A DNA stretch of 63,229 nucleotides, the filler included, from Rhabdomonas costata (Eukaryota), in the NCBI GenBank assembly GCA_019059605.1. It is 30 parts of 30 records of this genome, joined end to end, with 100 filler letters (N's around TTAATTAATTAA, not from the genome) between each part and the next. Parts side by side here need not be neighbours in the genome. Positions count along the whole stretch, not along the records: positions 1 to 2,014 come from JAHMHO010006419.1; positions 2,115 to 4,128 come from JAHMHO010006420.1; positions 4,229 to 6,243 come from JAHMHO010006421.1; positions 6,344 to 8,357 come from JAHMHO010006422.1; positions 8,458 to 10,467 come from JAHMHO010006423.1; positions 10,568 to 12,580 come from JAHMHO010006424.1; 24 more parts are not named here. One strand, 5' to 3'. Within the stretch, counting starts at the first letter, position 1; each line of letters starts with the position of its first letter. A program made the translations under genes and the position numbers. Below the pieces are notes generated by a model, which did not search any database, was not told the origin of the DNA, and worked only from the letters and a program-made list of their open reading frames with translations. Of this stretch, positions 1-10,856 are shown piece by piece.

Positions 1-968
1 AACTGGAAAAATCAATTCAAGAGGTCCGTTTGTCGAAACGGAGGGAGAGGGCGCACACATTGTGAGTGCCATCGATAAGCCCTCCGCAGCTCGTAAGGAG
101 AGGCATTTTGGCAGGTGAAAGCACCCACCACACATCGTTTCGGGGCCAAATGTTAAATAAAACCCCATCTCTGCTTCGGCTTTGCCCTCGAAGGAAGTAA
201 AAGGAGACAACCGTACAGAATCTATAATAATTAATATGAAGAACTCACACAAACAGCACACGTTTGGAGGTTCAAGGGTCACATCCGGCACAAAGAGAGA
301 AAAAGGTAAGCGGTGAATATTACTTGACTGGCGCTTACCTCGGCAGCGTTAGGACCAATCGCAACATAATGGAATAGCTTCGACACAACCAAGGAGTTAA
401 CCAAAGGGATCAGCTTTTCCTCAGATCTCAGATGCAGACATGACACCCCAAATGCCAAATGCCACCATCGAGCCAGACAAAACATATGGAAGCACCCAAA
501 GTGCCACAAGACCTTTCCAACAGCAAGGTCATGCCATGCAAAACAGAACATCAAAGGAATTCCGAAAGCACCCAACACTTGGACAACAGGCGAGCGTGAG
601 CGTGAGCAAATCCCTTTCGGGTGACAAAGCAGGGTCACTATCCTTTATTCTTCATGCTAATGGGGACAACAGAAGAGGAAGAGTCCTCTGTCCTCTCTGC
701 ACATGGGCCTCCCTTTTTGCAGGTTCGGCGGTCGGCGGTGGAGGTAACCATCTGGATCTGCGAAGTAGCGGAGGGGAGAGCTCGTCCTCGTCAGAGAGAA
801 GGACATACCGAACAACATTGGAATCATAACGGTACCCGACGCTCCCCCTCAAAAAGCCCAGAGAAGAGACCGCCAAGCTGACGTTTCCACAGTTGTCGAC
901 CGAAGTGAAGTTCTGGGAGATGAAAGAAGAGACAAAAGCAGTGAGATCCCCGCCTCCGAAGCTCTCAC

Positions 969-1842
969 ATCCGTTGTCCAGATCCCAAACCTTGACGGTC
1001 GTGTCTGCATTGCCGGTGACAATGTGCTTGCCGTCCGATGTCACCGCCACGGCAAAAACTGAAGAAGTGTGTCCCTCAAGGGTGCGCTCCTCCGTCCCGG
1101 TATGCAGATTCCATACCTTGATGGTGTTGTCGTAACAGCCGCTGATAATATGCTTGCCGTCCGACGTCACCGCGACGGCTAAAACGGAAGATGTATGACC
1201 CACAAGCGAATGCTCCTCATCCCCGGTAGCCAGATTCCAAACCTTGATGGTATTGTCCGCACTGCCGCTGATAATGCGCTTGGCATCCGCCGTCACGGCC
1301 ACCGCCCTGATCGAATCAGTATGCCCTTCCAGCGTGAGTTTTTCCTTACCGGTATTCAAGTCCCAAACCTTGATGGTCTTGTCTGCACTTCCGCTGACAA
1401 TGTGTCTGCCGTCCGACGTCACCGCCACGGCAAAAATTGAAGAAGTATGTCCCTCAAGGGTGCGCTCCTCCGATCCGGTGTTCAGGTTCCACACCTTGAT
1501 AGTTTCGTCCTTACTGCCGCTAATGATTTTCTGATCGTGCTTGCCGTCCGATGTGACCGCCACGGCATTGACGAAAGAGGTGTGTCCCACAAAGGTACGC
1601 TCCTCCCTCCCGGTATCCAGGTTCCACAACTTGATGGTATTGTCATCACTTCCACTAACAACGCGCTTGCCGTCCGAAGTTACGGCCACAGCATAGACGT
1701 AGTGAGTATGTCCCTCAAGATGCGCCGTTTCGCCACAAACGAGGTGCGCAAGTGAGGCCTCTCGGAAGTCCACACCGCACAGCCGCGGTCGAGTCAGAGC
1801 GGCGTAGCGAAGGTCAGCCCCTCGAAAGCTGCTGCACAGCAC
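969..1842 (-). CDS. Large exon of an NLR/STAND-like protein C-terminus: pentapeptide repeats followed by 6 WD40 repeats (partial gene)
   Basis: Acceptor ctgtgcag| precedes 1842. It reads VLCSSFRGADLRYAALTRPRLCGVDFREASLAHLVCGE (pentapeptide-like), then six GH..AVAVTSDG..SGS.D.TIKVW repeats. A possible donor GTGAGA lies at 968; otherwise the frame stays open to 652. No NTPase domain is visible in the contig. Confidence 0.85.
980..1725 (-). repeat. 126-bp coding tandem repeat (WD40 units)
   Basis: The motif cca(a/t/c)accttgat recurs with 126-bp period (one unit is 135 bp). 1021-1094 and 1399-1472, three units apart, differ at 5 of 74 nt. Confidence 0.9.
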
Positions 1843-2114
1843 CTGCACAGCAGAAACCCTCATTCACAGGACACACAAAATCCGCGTGCCGTGTAACCGA
1901 CCTAAAAAGTGCGGAAATCAACAAACAAAGGAACATCCACACTTGAAAAATGGGAAAGCCTCAACCCATATTCGAAATAATCTCATACGAAAAAAACTGG
2001 GGGAAAAACAACACNNNNNNNNNNNNNNNNNNNNNNNNNNNNNNNNNNNNNNNNNNNNTTAATTAATTAANNNNNNNNNNNNNNNNNNNNNNNNNNNNNN
2101 NNNNNNNNNNNNNN

Positions 2115-2385
2115 GTTGTTGTGGTCACCCCTTGGAGGTGTTTGGGGATGATCTAGTCGCGTGCCCAAAGGCGGGGACGTGGAAGCGACACAATAGCTTT
2201 TGCGCAGCTGTCGCGGAAATTGGACAATGTCGCTCCTCTGGGTCGCGAACGGTCCGCGGACCTCCTGCTGTCACATTGGACTCGTGGGCTGTTGATCCAA
2301 CCATCAAGCACAGCCTGAATCCATCACACCAGTGGGATACACGCCACCCGGCTGTTGATAAAGCAGAAGCGGCGAAGCACTCCTG
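2115..2385 (+). mobile_element. Degenerate 3' end (Zn knuckle plus restriction-like endonuclease) of a CRE-clade non-LTR retrotransposon
   Basis: The frame from 2117 reads CCGHPLEVFGDDLVACPKAGTWKRHN..WAVDPTIKH..DKAEAAKH. This fits the CxxxLDxxGDHxxxC..RHN..D.T...E..K layout of CRE/RLE elements, with the knuckle His mutated and the PD region decayed. Confidence 0.7.
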
Positions 2386-2849
2386 TTCCTGTTCTTGGCG
2401 CTGTTCTGGTGGTCCTGGTGGTTCTTGGCGCTGTTCTGGTTATCGTGATCTGTGTTAGTTGCTCCTTGCGCATCCTCCAACCCCTTTTACGCCTAGTTTA
2501 ATTTTAACCCTTTTATTTCTTGGGGATTTTTTTTAAATCTCATTTTGGGTCGTCGCACCCCGGCTCCTGAATTGAGCGCACGGCAACATTCCTACGCCGG
2601 GGCTGCTCCGATCAAGGTAACCAGAAAGAAAGGTAACAGGACCCTTCGCAAGGGAACCTTGAACACCCAACCCACCAAAAAAGTCAGAGGGAGACACGCC
2701 TGAAGCCACTGCGCATTAGAGAGGACTGCAGGACTGGAGAACGGGTTCAAGAAGCGCAAAGGGGGTGGTGCGGCTTAAAAAAAGTTTGCAAGCACCCAAG
2801 CAAGAACGGAGAATGAGACGGCTTGTCTGTGGGCAGTCCAATAGCTGCA

Positions 2850-3115
2850 GTCTCGGAAAACATAGCTGGGCAGCTTGCCCGACACAGCTTGGCTTCAGAG
2901 CCGCTTCGAGGTCCCGGTATAAAGGACCCCTCTTCCACTCCTCGGAGTTACCCACCTCGGCCCTTGCGGAGTACTTGGGGGAGTCTTCACCCACAGGAGA
3001 AGAAACGTCCCCGTGCACCAAATTCTCGGGTGTGGTGGATAGCATGTCCAACTGGCTCTACGATGATAGCACATTAACCCAGTGGCCTGCTGATCTTATG
3101 CTTCCTCCAGTGAGG
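2850..3115 (+). mobile_element. Possible second, more decayed CRE-like C-terminal remnant
   Basis: HSWAACPTQLG..LAEYLG..SPCTKFSGVVDS..QWPADLML resembles the W..P / rLG..CxxC..D / RPAD motifs. A (GAGAGT)n tract follows at about 3158-3188. Confidence 0.3.
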
Positions 3116-3540
3116 CAGGAACTGAAGGAACGCAGAACACAAATTACAAAGCCTCAGAGAGTGAGAGCCAGAGTGAGAGTGAGAGTGGGAAAGTAAGAAG
3201 GAAGAAACGCAGGGTGCGCACTTTATGGAGCCCAAAGTCAACGAAACCTATCAGCAAAGAGCAGGCTTCGCCTGACCTCCTTTCTTCGTATCGCGGGCAG
3301 ACAGAAAAAATACGGAGAACGAGGAAACACGCTAACGGCGAAACCGCCGGAGGGCAGAAGGGGAGGTTGGTCTCTCCACCCAACCCCTTCACCGTAGCGG
3401 GAGACTCCTCCCCAAACCGCAAAAGAAAAGCACCACACACAACCCCGGGAGGCTTCTGTCCCCGATCCACCACTCACGTCCACCGCCCTAAGGCGGGAGC
3501 TCTTCACTGTGCCGCCTCTTCACAGCTGCCTCACATCTCT

Positions 3541-3650
3541 GGGTCTTTAATAGGGTAGGGTCTTTAATAGGGTCTTTAATTTCGCACAAGAGGCTGAAGC
3601 TGCTCCGCCGCACCCTCCAAGAGGCTGAAGCTGCTGCGCCGCACCCTCCA
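3541..3650 (+). repeat. Short tandem repeats: GGGTCTTTAAT x3, then a 31-bp direct repeat x2
   Basis: gggtctttaatagggtagggtctttaatagggtctttaat at 3541-3580; agaggctgaagctgct(c/g)cgccgcaccctcca twice at about 3589-3650. Confidence 0.9.
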
Positions 3651-3755
3651 CGTCGAGACGCACGTGTCCTTCCGGCCCCTGGCTCTTGTTTGCGAGTTTC
3701 TTGCTGTGTTCGCCTTGATGTGCAACAAAGCGTGCATCGTTCCCCCGTGAAGTGA

Positions 3756-4128
3756 ATGCCCCCAATGAGAACGGAAGGTCGGCCAGGAGTGAGGCCGGAC
3801 CTGATTCAGTGCTCTGGTAGGGACATGCTGCGCAATCCGCCCGCTGGTGTACCTGTGGGGGCCGCTGACAGCCCCCCACCGCCAGACGACAGCACACGAT
3901 CATGCGGTTGTCCGGGTGACGGGTGCCAATGTGCGGTGGTGGGCAAGGGGAAGCGGAAGCGAGTGCCGACGAGGCGGTTTTCACCGGAGGCGCGACCACG
4001 CTCCCACTCACAACAGGCCACACCGTTCGCCAAGAAGCGCTCAGGCTCGCCCTCGGCGGCACCAGATGAGCCGTCGTCCGTCTTTCGGTGCCCATTTGAG
4101 GGCTGTCCGCAGGGCAATACAAAAAACA
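3756..4128 (+). CDS. N-terminus of an ORF running into a C2H2-type zinc finger (possibly a retroelement ORF), cut by the contig end
   Basis: The ATG-initiated intronless ORF ends in ..VFRCPFEGCPQG. It follows short repeats and CRE-like remnants on the same strand. Confidence 0.35.
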
Positions 4129-4740
4129 NNNNNNNNNNNNNNNNNNNNNNNNNNNNNNNNNNNNNNNNNNNNTTAATTAATTAANNNNNNNNNNNNNNNN
4201 NNNNNNNNNNNNNNNNNNNNNNNNNNNNGTGGGGTTGTGCGCACACTCCTATTCTTCCTCTGCTCCTCCCTCCCCTCGGTTTTCAATTTTCCAATCTCCA
4301 GTGTTCTTCGGTGCTGTGCCGGAGTTTGGAGGCTGAAAGTGAATGGAAAAACCAGAAAAAAAAGCTGGGCTGTCTGCTCCAAAAAAAAAGAAGCAAAAAA
4401 GCATCTTTTTGTTTGGATGAGTGGGACAGTGTGTATGCTTGTGTATGCTTGTGCGGGAAAGAAAAAGACGGACGAGGAAGACAAGAAAAGTTGGTCAGGC
4501 CCTCAGGTGCCGCGGGGTGCCGGCTCACTACAAGACCTGCCAGGACGCTCCCCCAGCGTTGCAATGCGGGATGATGCCGATCCACCACATTCCACTGAAT
4601 TATCCGTTCGGGAGGATGACATGAGTGCGCTTCCAGCGCGCAGGTGCGGGTCTGTAGTGCATAACACTCAGGAAAGTCAATGGGCAATGGGGGGGAGTGA
4701 GAAAAGACAATTCCTTGGCCTTAATACCTCTTTCCTTCAG

Positions 4741-5248
4741 GGGACCTCGAGGCTGCGCTGCAGTTTGCCGAGCAGGAGCTGGGGCCTCTGGGGGAGCGCC
4801 ATCCGGGCTTGCTGGACGAGCTAGAGGACGCCTTGGTGCATAGCCGCACACCAACCGACATACATATCCCTAATTTCCTCTCGTTTCTTTGCTCCCGCTT
4901 CTTTTCTCTAAAGGTATGCTTTGGAGTGCGGTGCGACTTGTAACAGAAATCCTCTTACACCCACATTTACACCAGGACCCGCTTCCAGCATCACCTTTTA
5001 CGTCCAAAGCTCCCAAACCAAAGATTTTTTTTTCGTGACTTCGCCATTGAAGTTCAAAAGAAGTGTTTTGTTCTCAGGTTCTGCTGGTGGTGCCCGACCC
5101 CGCGACTTCTCCGGTGGGCAGTGGGCTGCTGGACCGCTCGCAGCGGGCTCGCGCAGCGGCGGAGCTGAACTCTGCCGTGCTGGGCTGGCAGGGCCAGGAG
5201 CAGGAGAGCAGGCTGCCTCTGCTGCTGCGGCTGCTGTCCTGGGGACAG
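4741..5248 (+). CDS. GID8: GID8/TWA1-like CTLH-complex subunit, CRA domain (exons 4741-4835 and 5078-5248)
   Basis: The spliced product is GDLEAALQFAEQELGPLGERHPGLLDELEDAL|VLLVVPDPATSPVGSGLLDRSQRARAAAELNSAVLGWQGQEQESRLPLLLRLLSWGQ across an in-frame GT-AG intron, matching the CRA domain pattern. Confidence 0.85.
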
Positions 5249-6388
5249 GTCGCCGCCGCTCCGAAATACTGTGAAATTTTTTTAAAAGAACATAAGCGGA
5301 GCCTCTTAACCCTAACCCAAAGTAACCAAAACTCATCAAAATGCTTGTTTGTATCGTTTTGAGGCAGTTCGTAAAGTTGCCCTCGTCACCACCACCTCGT
5401 ACTTCCAGGGTAACAAAGGTAAGCAAAAAAGATAAACTGAAGCGCTTCTTCTTCAATTCTCTTTTTTTAACCTGTACGGTACACAGAGGCACACGTCGTT
5501 CTGCATTCAAAGGGAAGGGGGTGTTGTCAGCAGGAATACTGCGTGGTAGCTACTGCCACCCTACTGCGACCATGCAAAGGCCAGGAGTCTAAGCGCATTG
5601 GCATCAAACTCCAGACTTCCGTGCCGTGAAGTAATCACCCTGAGGGGAGACCAGGGAGGAGATGTAAGGCTCTCTGTTTTGGCCTTGGAGAGGCGACTTC
5701 ATTTTTACAATCCAGTGTTATCGGGAGGACGCAAAATAAGCACCTGGCTCTTCATTTGGAAAGCAGCTGTACGAAAAATGAAGGCAGCAGGGCACGCCCG
5801 CACAAATGGGGTGCCAATGATTCAGGCGAAAACAATGCAATAAATTACATTTGGGTACACAAAAATATGAATTGTTGATTTCGTTTGTTGTGTCCAGCAG
5901 GGTTTTCATCTTTGACTTAGGGACAGTTATGTTTGCTTGTCCGCGTTTGCATTTGTTTGTGCAATGAAAGACAGAAAGGGAGCAAACACATACACCTGTG
6001 AAGGAGACCGATGATGAAAAGGAAAGCTGCCATAACTTAATGCACGCGAGAGTCCTATAGCACTGTTGTCAGACGAGGGGTGCCGTCATGTAACAACAGC
6101 CAGGCAGGAGGGAGTCCGGCAGATTTATGGAGCCTGTGGAGGTCGCTCGCATGAGGGCGGGGTCTGGTGGGATATTTGCATTTAATGAGTATCCCGTTCA
6201 CCATAGGCGCGTTTGGAGCAAACCGCGGTCTTCCCCAACCCCCNNNNNNNNNNNNNNNNNNNNNNNNNNNNNNNNNNNNNNNNNNNNTTAATTAATTAAN
6301 NNNNNNNNNNNNNNNNNNNNNNNNNNNNNNNNNNNNNNNNNNNGGGGGTTTGGGGACGGAATGTTGTTTGTGATGGGGGTGAGAGCTA

Positions 6389-7800
6389 CTACAGGGGAAG
6401 GGGATTTCCGCCCCCGTCAGGCATGGATGGCCTGGGCTTCCGCGGCGCTCCAGCAATTTGGATCTGTCAGAAGTGCACAGGCACTAAAAACGCAGAAGCA
6501 CGGAGATAGGAAGTTGCAATGGTGTTTAATAGCAACAAGAACTCTAACTCCACCCATCCCCAAGGACGTCTCCCAGAGTGGGTTAACTCTGCTGGGTTGG
6601 CGGTAACGTACCTATTTGCTTCACATTGTAGTAGGCAGGGCCTATCAGTGGCTGACTTCTAACCATGAGGTCACGTGTTGAAACAGCTCGCTCCGATCTA
6701 GCCAGCCGTCCGGAGCACAATTATCCTGTTTTTGTGGCGTCCTGGGTCCCTCCCAACCTTTTATCTCCCCTCACTTACCCATGGGCAGCACACCTGCTTC
6801 TGCTCTGTGCTCCCATTCCGCAGGATGGTGACCCAGACAGTGCTTCCAACCTCGGCATGCTTGAGGCACTCTGCGAAGGCCTGCAGGGGGGCGGAGGACG
6901 GGCGGAGAAAGAAACAAACCCACGCAGCAAAGGAAACCCAGTCGGTTGGGGCATAAAACAGGAGATGAAGTTGAACGGTGTGCGATTCGTTTTTGAACTG
7001 TGGCCGCTGAGTATTCGCGTTGCTGCGCGGAGACTGGAGCCCTCGCTGACACTCGACGGACACTGACTAGTGACAATTGCGCACACTCTCGTGGCGTACC
7101 TGCGCGTGTATGTGTTGTGCGTGTGTGCGGGAGTTGAGGAGCACACACCGCCCTGCAGTCCAACACTCGGTCGCCCCACTGTGTGAGGACATCCCCGGGC
7201 AAAATGCCCGCCTGCTCGGCTGGCCCCCCGGCATGAACGTTGACCACACTGACGAGGCTCTCCCTGCACGTCGTCATCACATCAGGAGAGGGAGGGATCA
7301 AATGGTTTCTTTTTTCTAAAAGCCTGTAAATGAAAGAGTGTATACGCAGCCTTTTGTGCACAGTGAGACTTCTGCCTTTCGACCTTCTCTTTTTATTGCT
7401 CTGAGTTTGCACAGATCAAGGGTTGACCAATGGTTGCGATTTCTGCCCGGAAACATGACGCTAACCTGGTTACCTGTCCCTGGGAAGGCGACCCCATGAA
7501 CCGAATGCGCCAGCTCCGCTCTTGGATTTCGGAAGTTGTCCTCAGGGTTTCAAAACGCCCCCAACGACCACCGCAGCATTTCCCACGAGCATCACGCGCA
7601 TACACATACCCGACCCCAAGCATCTGGATGTCCACCCCCAGGGTGGGCCGCAGGTTGTGGTGCTGGTGGTGCTGGGGCGGTGTGAAGGCTTGCGGAGGCG
7701 GCAGTTCGGGCTCGGCCTTGGTGGTGTAGGGCCTGGCGGGGCTTCCCGGGGCCTGAAGCTCGGCGTCCTGGCGTGAGGGGTCGTGGTGCCCCAAGGTGAC
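6389..7800 (-). CDS. C-terminal PDZ-domain protein (exons ~7800-7610, 7263-7149, 6880-6794, 6463-6389)
   Basis: The spliced product is RPTLGVDIQMLGVG|ESLVSVVNVHAGGPAEQAGILPGDVLTQWGDRVLDCRA|AFAECLKHAEVGSTVWVTILRNGSTEQKQ|IQIAGAPRKP..stop. All junctions are GT-AG and phase-compatible. The 5' limit is approximate. Confidence 0.85.
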
Positions 7801-9769
7801 CTTTGACCACACCATATGCACAACGAAACGTCATTATAACACCAACCATCAAATAATCATCCCCCGAGACTTTTGCCCGTCACTTTTGTTTACTCTCGTC
7901 AGGAAGTGCTGCACTCCATTCAGTCATCGGAGATGGGAGTGAGATGCCTCCACTAACCGTGGCAAGGATTACATTGGCGTATTTCTGCGCAGGTTTGTAC
8001 GGAAGTCCGAGCCTGATGAGCTGCTGCAGTACATTCCCACCCTGTTGTACATCGCGGTGATTCTCGCGGTCCTGCGCTCCGTGTCCAAGGCCCGGTCCCA
8101 GATGAAGGGTGGCGGCAGCGGAGGGAGCAGCCGTATGTGCCTTCGTTGGCCTGAGTTTTAGCGCTCCCCATTGTGACTTTTCATTTCGGAACACAGCTCA
8201 CTGGCCAGTGCAGCACCCATTCTGTGGACTGACTGCTGGCGCTCACCTGCACAATCGTTTTTGAAGCGATGCAAGAGCACCAAGTGCTTAACATAAAACG
8301 AGCTGCTTCAGAGCGTATCAAGCCTATTGTCAAGGTGACATCAACCCCAACCCCACCNNNNNNNNNNNNNNNNNNNNNNNNNNNNNNNNNNNNNNNNNNN
8401 NTTAATTAATTAANNNNNNNNNNNNNNNNNNNNNNNNNNNNNNNNNNNNNNNNNNNNTGTGTGTGGGTTTGGCAAGGTCGCACTCTTACCTTGGGAAGTT
8501 CTCCCCGCTGTGGTGCTTCATTTATAAACTGAGAGTTCTGACACCAAAATGTAAGATATGCCACGGCAAAGGGAAACACTGTGACAAAGAAGAAGGAACC
8601 AACAACCAAGTAGGTTTTTGCAGCGTCCCAAGTGTGCCAACAGCTTTGTGTGAATGTGTATGTGTGTGCGCGCGCATATGTGTGCAGGCGAGGGACCGCA
8701 CTGTTGCTGTGGGCATGGCCCTCCCCGTGCTGCGGCTTTCCCAGAGCCACCGCCAGCGTTTTCTCCACAGGACCCTTTGCCCTCCGCCCCTCCGCCGCCA
8801 AAATGGTGAGCGGCGCGAAGTGCACTCGCCGCCCGCCCTCATTTGAGTTGGGTTGGGTGTTACCCCCTTCATAGGGGAAATATGCGGAAGTGCCCTTTGG
8901 CTGGGTCCTCCTCCCAACCTCGCCCCGTTCCTGGGGCACGCTGACAGCCCTTTGCTATTTTGCTATGGATCGCCTGGATCACTTGAAGGACTTATCAATC
9001 TTTTCATGGCAAAGCGCGCATCCCTCAACTTCCCTCAACGGGCAACTGTCGGAAGTGGTTTACGCTGCCCAGCAGCTCCGAGAATCTAAGGTTGAAGGTG
9101 AGTCCCCACGCGCTTTTGGCAAGAGCGGGTACAGCTGCCCAGGAAAACGCGGGGATGCAGAGAAATGTTAGATGTTAAGAATGTATGGATGTATGTCTCG
9201 AGGATTTGGAAGCTTTGAGTGCACAAGAATTACATTGTCACATTGTTTCAGCCTGAGACTTGCTTTATGTCCAAACCGGTTTCAGGGGGATGTCTGAATC
9301 CGTGGAAACCTGCCTTGTGGTGGAGATGCGCAGCCTCAACCTCAATTTGACAACTTCTATGCTTTTAGTGGATGACATTGTATGCGAAGGGGGGGGGGGG
9401 GGCGGACCTACGGACTTTTGCCTTTCACTTGCAAATGCTTCGGGCGGATCCTCTGTAGTATCATGTCCGCCCCTCTCCCGGTCTGACCCTCGGGTGGCTC
9501 TTACATAATCCTGATTTGTTTGCTGTTTCCACTTTATTCTTTTCGGAGTTGGGTGCATCACGAAGCTTTGACGCCTGCATCAAAACAAACCATTTCTTTT
9601 TTTCTGTTGCCTCGTTGGGAGTGTTAGCTTTTGGTTAATCACAAGTGGGTTTCTGCGTTCAGTACGTTACCCCCCCCCCTTTTTTTGACGCCAAAGCCTT
9701 TGAGATTTATTCAACAACTTTCTTTTTTCTTTTTTTCTCTTCGATGCCTGTATGTGGAACGTACGTGAG

Positions 9770-9950
9770 GTGCATCTCACGCAATTTCCCGAGGGAGGCC
9801 AAGGCAAGCTCACCCCGAATTCCGGAACGGTGTGGGACGCGAGTATACTCCTATGCCACCACTGCCTTTCCATGGGCCCATCCTTTTGGAATAAGATGAG
9901 AGTTCTGGAGTTGGGCTGCGGAACTGGTGTGCCTTCGGTCTTCACACTTT
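9770..9950 (+). CDS. Exon of a METTL21/Methyltransf_16-family protein lysine methyltransferase
   Basis: GTVWDASILLCHH..WNKMRVLELGCGTG carries the family W motif and SAM-binding motif I. Exon limits are approximate. Confidence 0.85.
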
Positions 9951-10567
9951 TTCCTATGGGGGGTTACGCGGTGCAGCGCTTGCCGTTTCTGGACTGAATG
10001 GTGTGCTTTCTGGCTGCAGGCCATGTCTGATTCTGCTGTTATGCAAGGGCCTCTTCCAAGTCGCAGAGTGACGTGTTTCTTTTGGGCTTCACTTTGATAA
10101 TATCTGCCTGCCACGTTGTTCCACCGTCGATTAACAGTCTGGCAAAGCTCAATTTAAAAAGATCCTCTCCATAAAAAAGGGCGAATAATTCCTTAAGTTA
10201 AATTTGACCTAAAGCGACCTGTAGATGCTGAAAATTAACCAAAATTAAAAAAGCCCCCAATTGGCGATAATACGCTTCGGCTACGCCTCCGCTCCTAAAT
10301 GTGGGACTCACTAACGAGGGGTCAACGGGACAAATATGCAGAATTATTTGCCCTTTTAGGATCCTTTTTATGTGGTTTTGTCGCAGTCGCATGCTCTTAG
10401 GTGCCGTTTGTGCATTCGAACCCACGACGATGCAATGTTGTCCCAGAAACCCATTTCATGAACTCCCNNNNNNNNNNNNNNNNNNNNNNNNNNNNNNNNN
10501 NNNNNNNNNNNTTAATTAATTAANNNNNNNNNNNNNNNNNNNNNNNNNNNNNNNNNNNNNNNNNNNN

Positions 10568-10856
10568 TTACCTTCTTCCTTTCTTACTTTCTTTCTTTCT
10601 TTCTTTCTTTTTCAAGAAAGGCAAGTATTTCCTTTTTTATTTATCTTTCATTTCTGGTCCAGCGAACATTTGGGTGGGCAACGCTGGCCGGGTGGACCGG
10701 ACTCAGCGTTATAACCCGCGGCCAAGTTCTTCACTCCCACCCGATGCGCCAGCTTCAGCTTGGGTGCCTGAAATGAAAGATAAATAAAAAAGGAAATACT
10801 TGCCTTTCTTGAAAAAGAAAGAAAGAAAGAAAGAAAGTAAGAAAGTAAGAAGGTAA
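10568..10856. repeat. 87-bp inverted repeat at the contig start (probable amplification fold-back)
   Basis: 10568-10654 is the reverse complement of 10770-10856 with one mismatch. The loop is 115 bp and GC-rich. Confidence 0.9.

Noticed and set aside
2460..3600. Spliced-leader RNA gene near the CRE remnants
   Set aside because: I saw no match to the euglenid, kinetoplastid or diplonemid leader sequences that I know.
9280..9770. Euglenid-type non-conventional intron (CAG..CTG) upstream of the methyltransferase exon
   Set aside because: Pairing is limited to about 4 bp and I could not build a consistent upstream reading frame.
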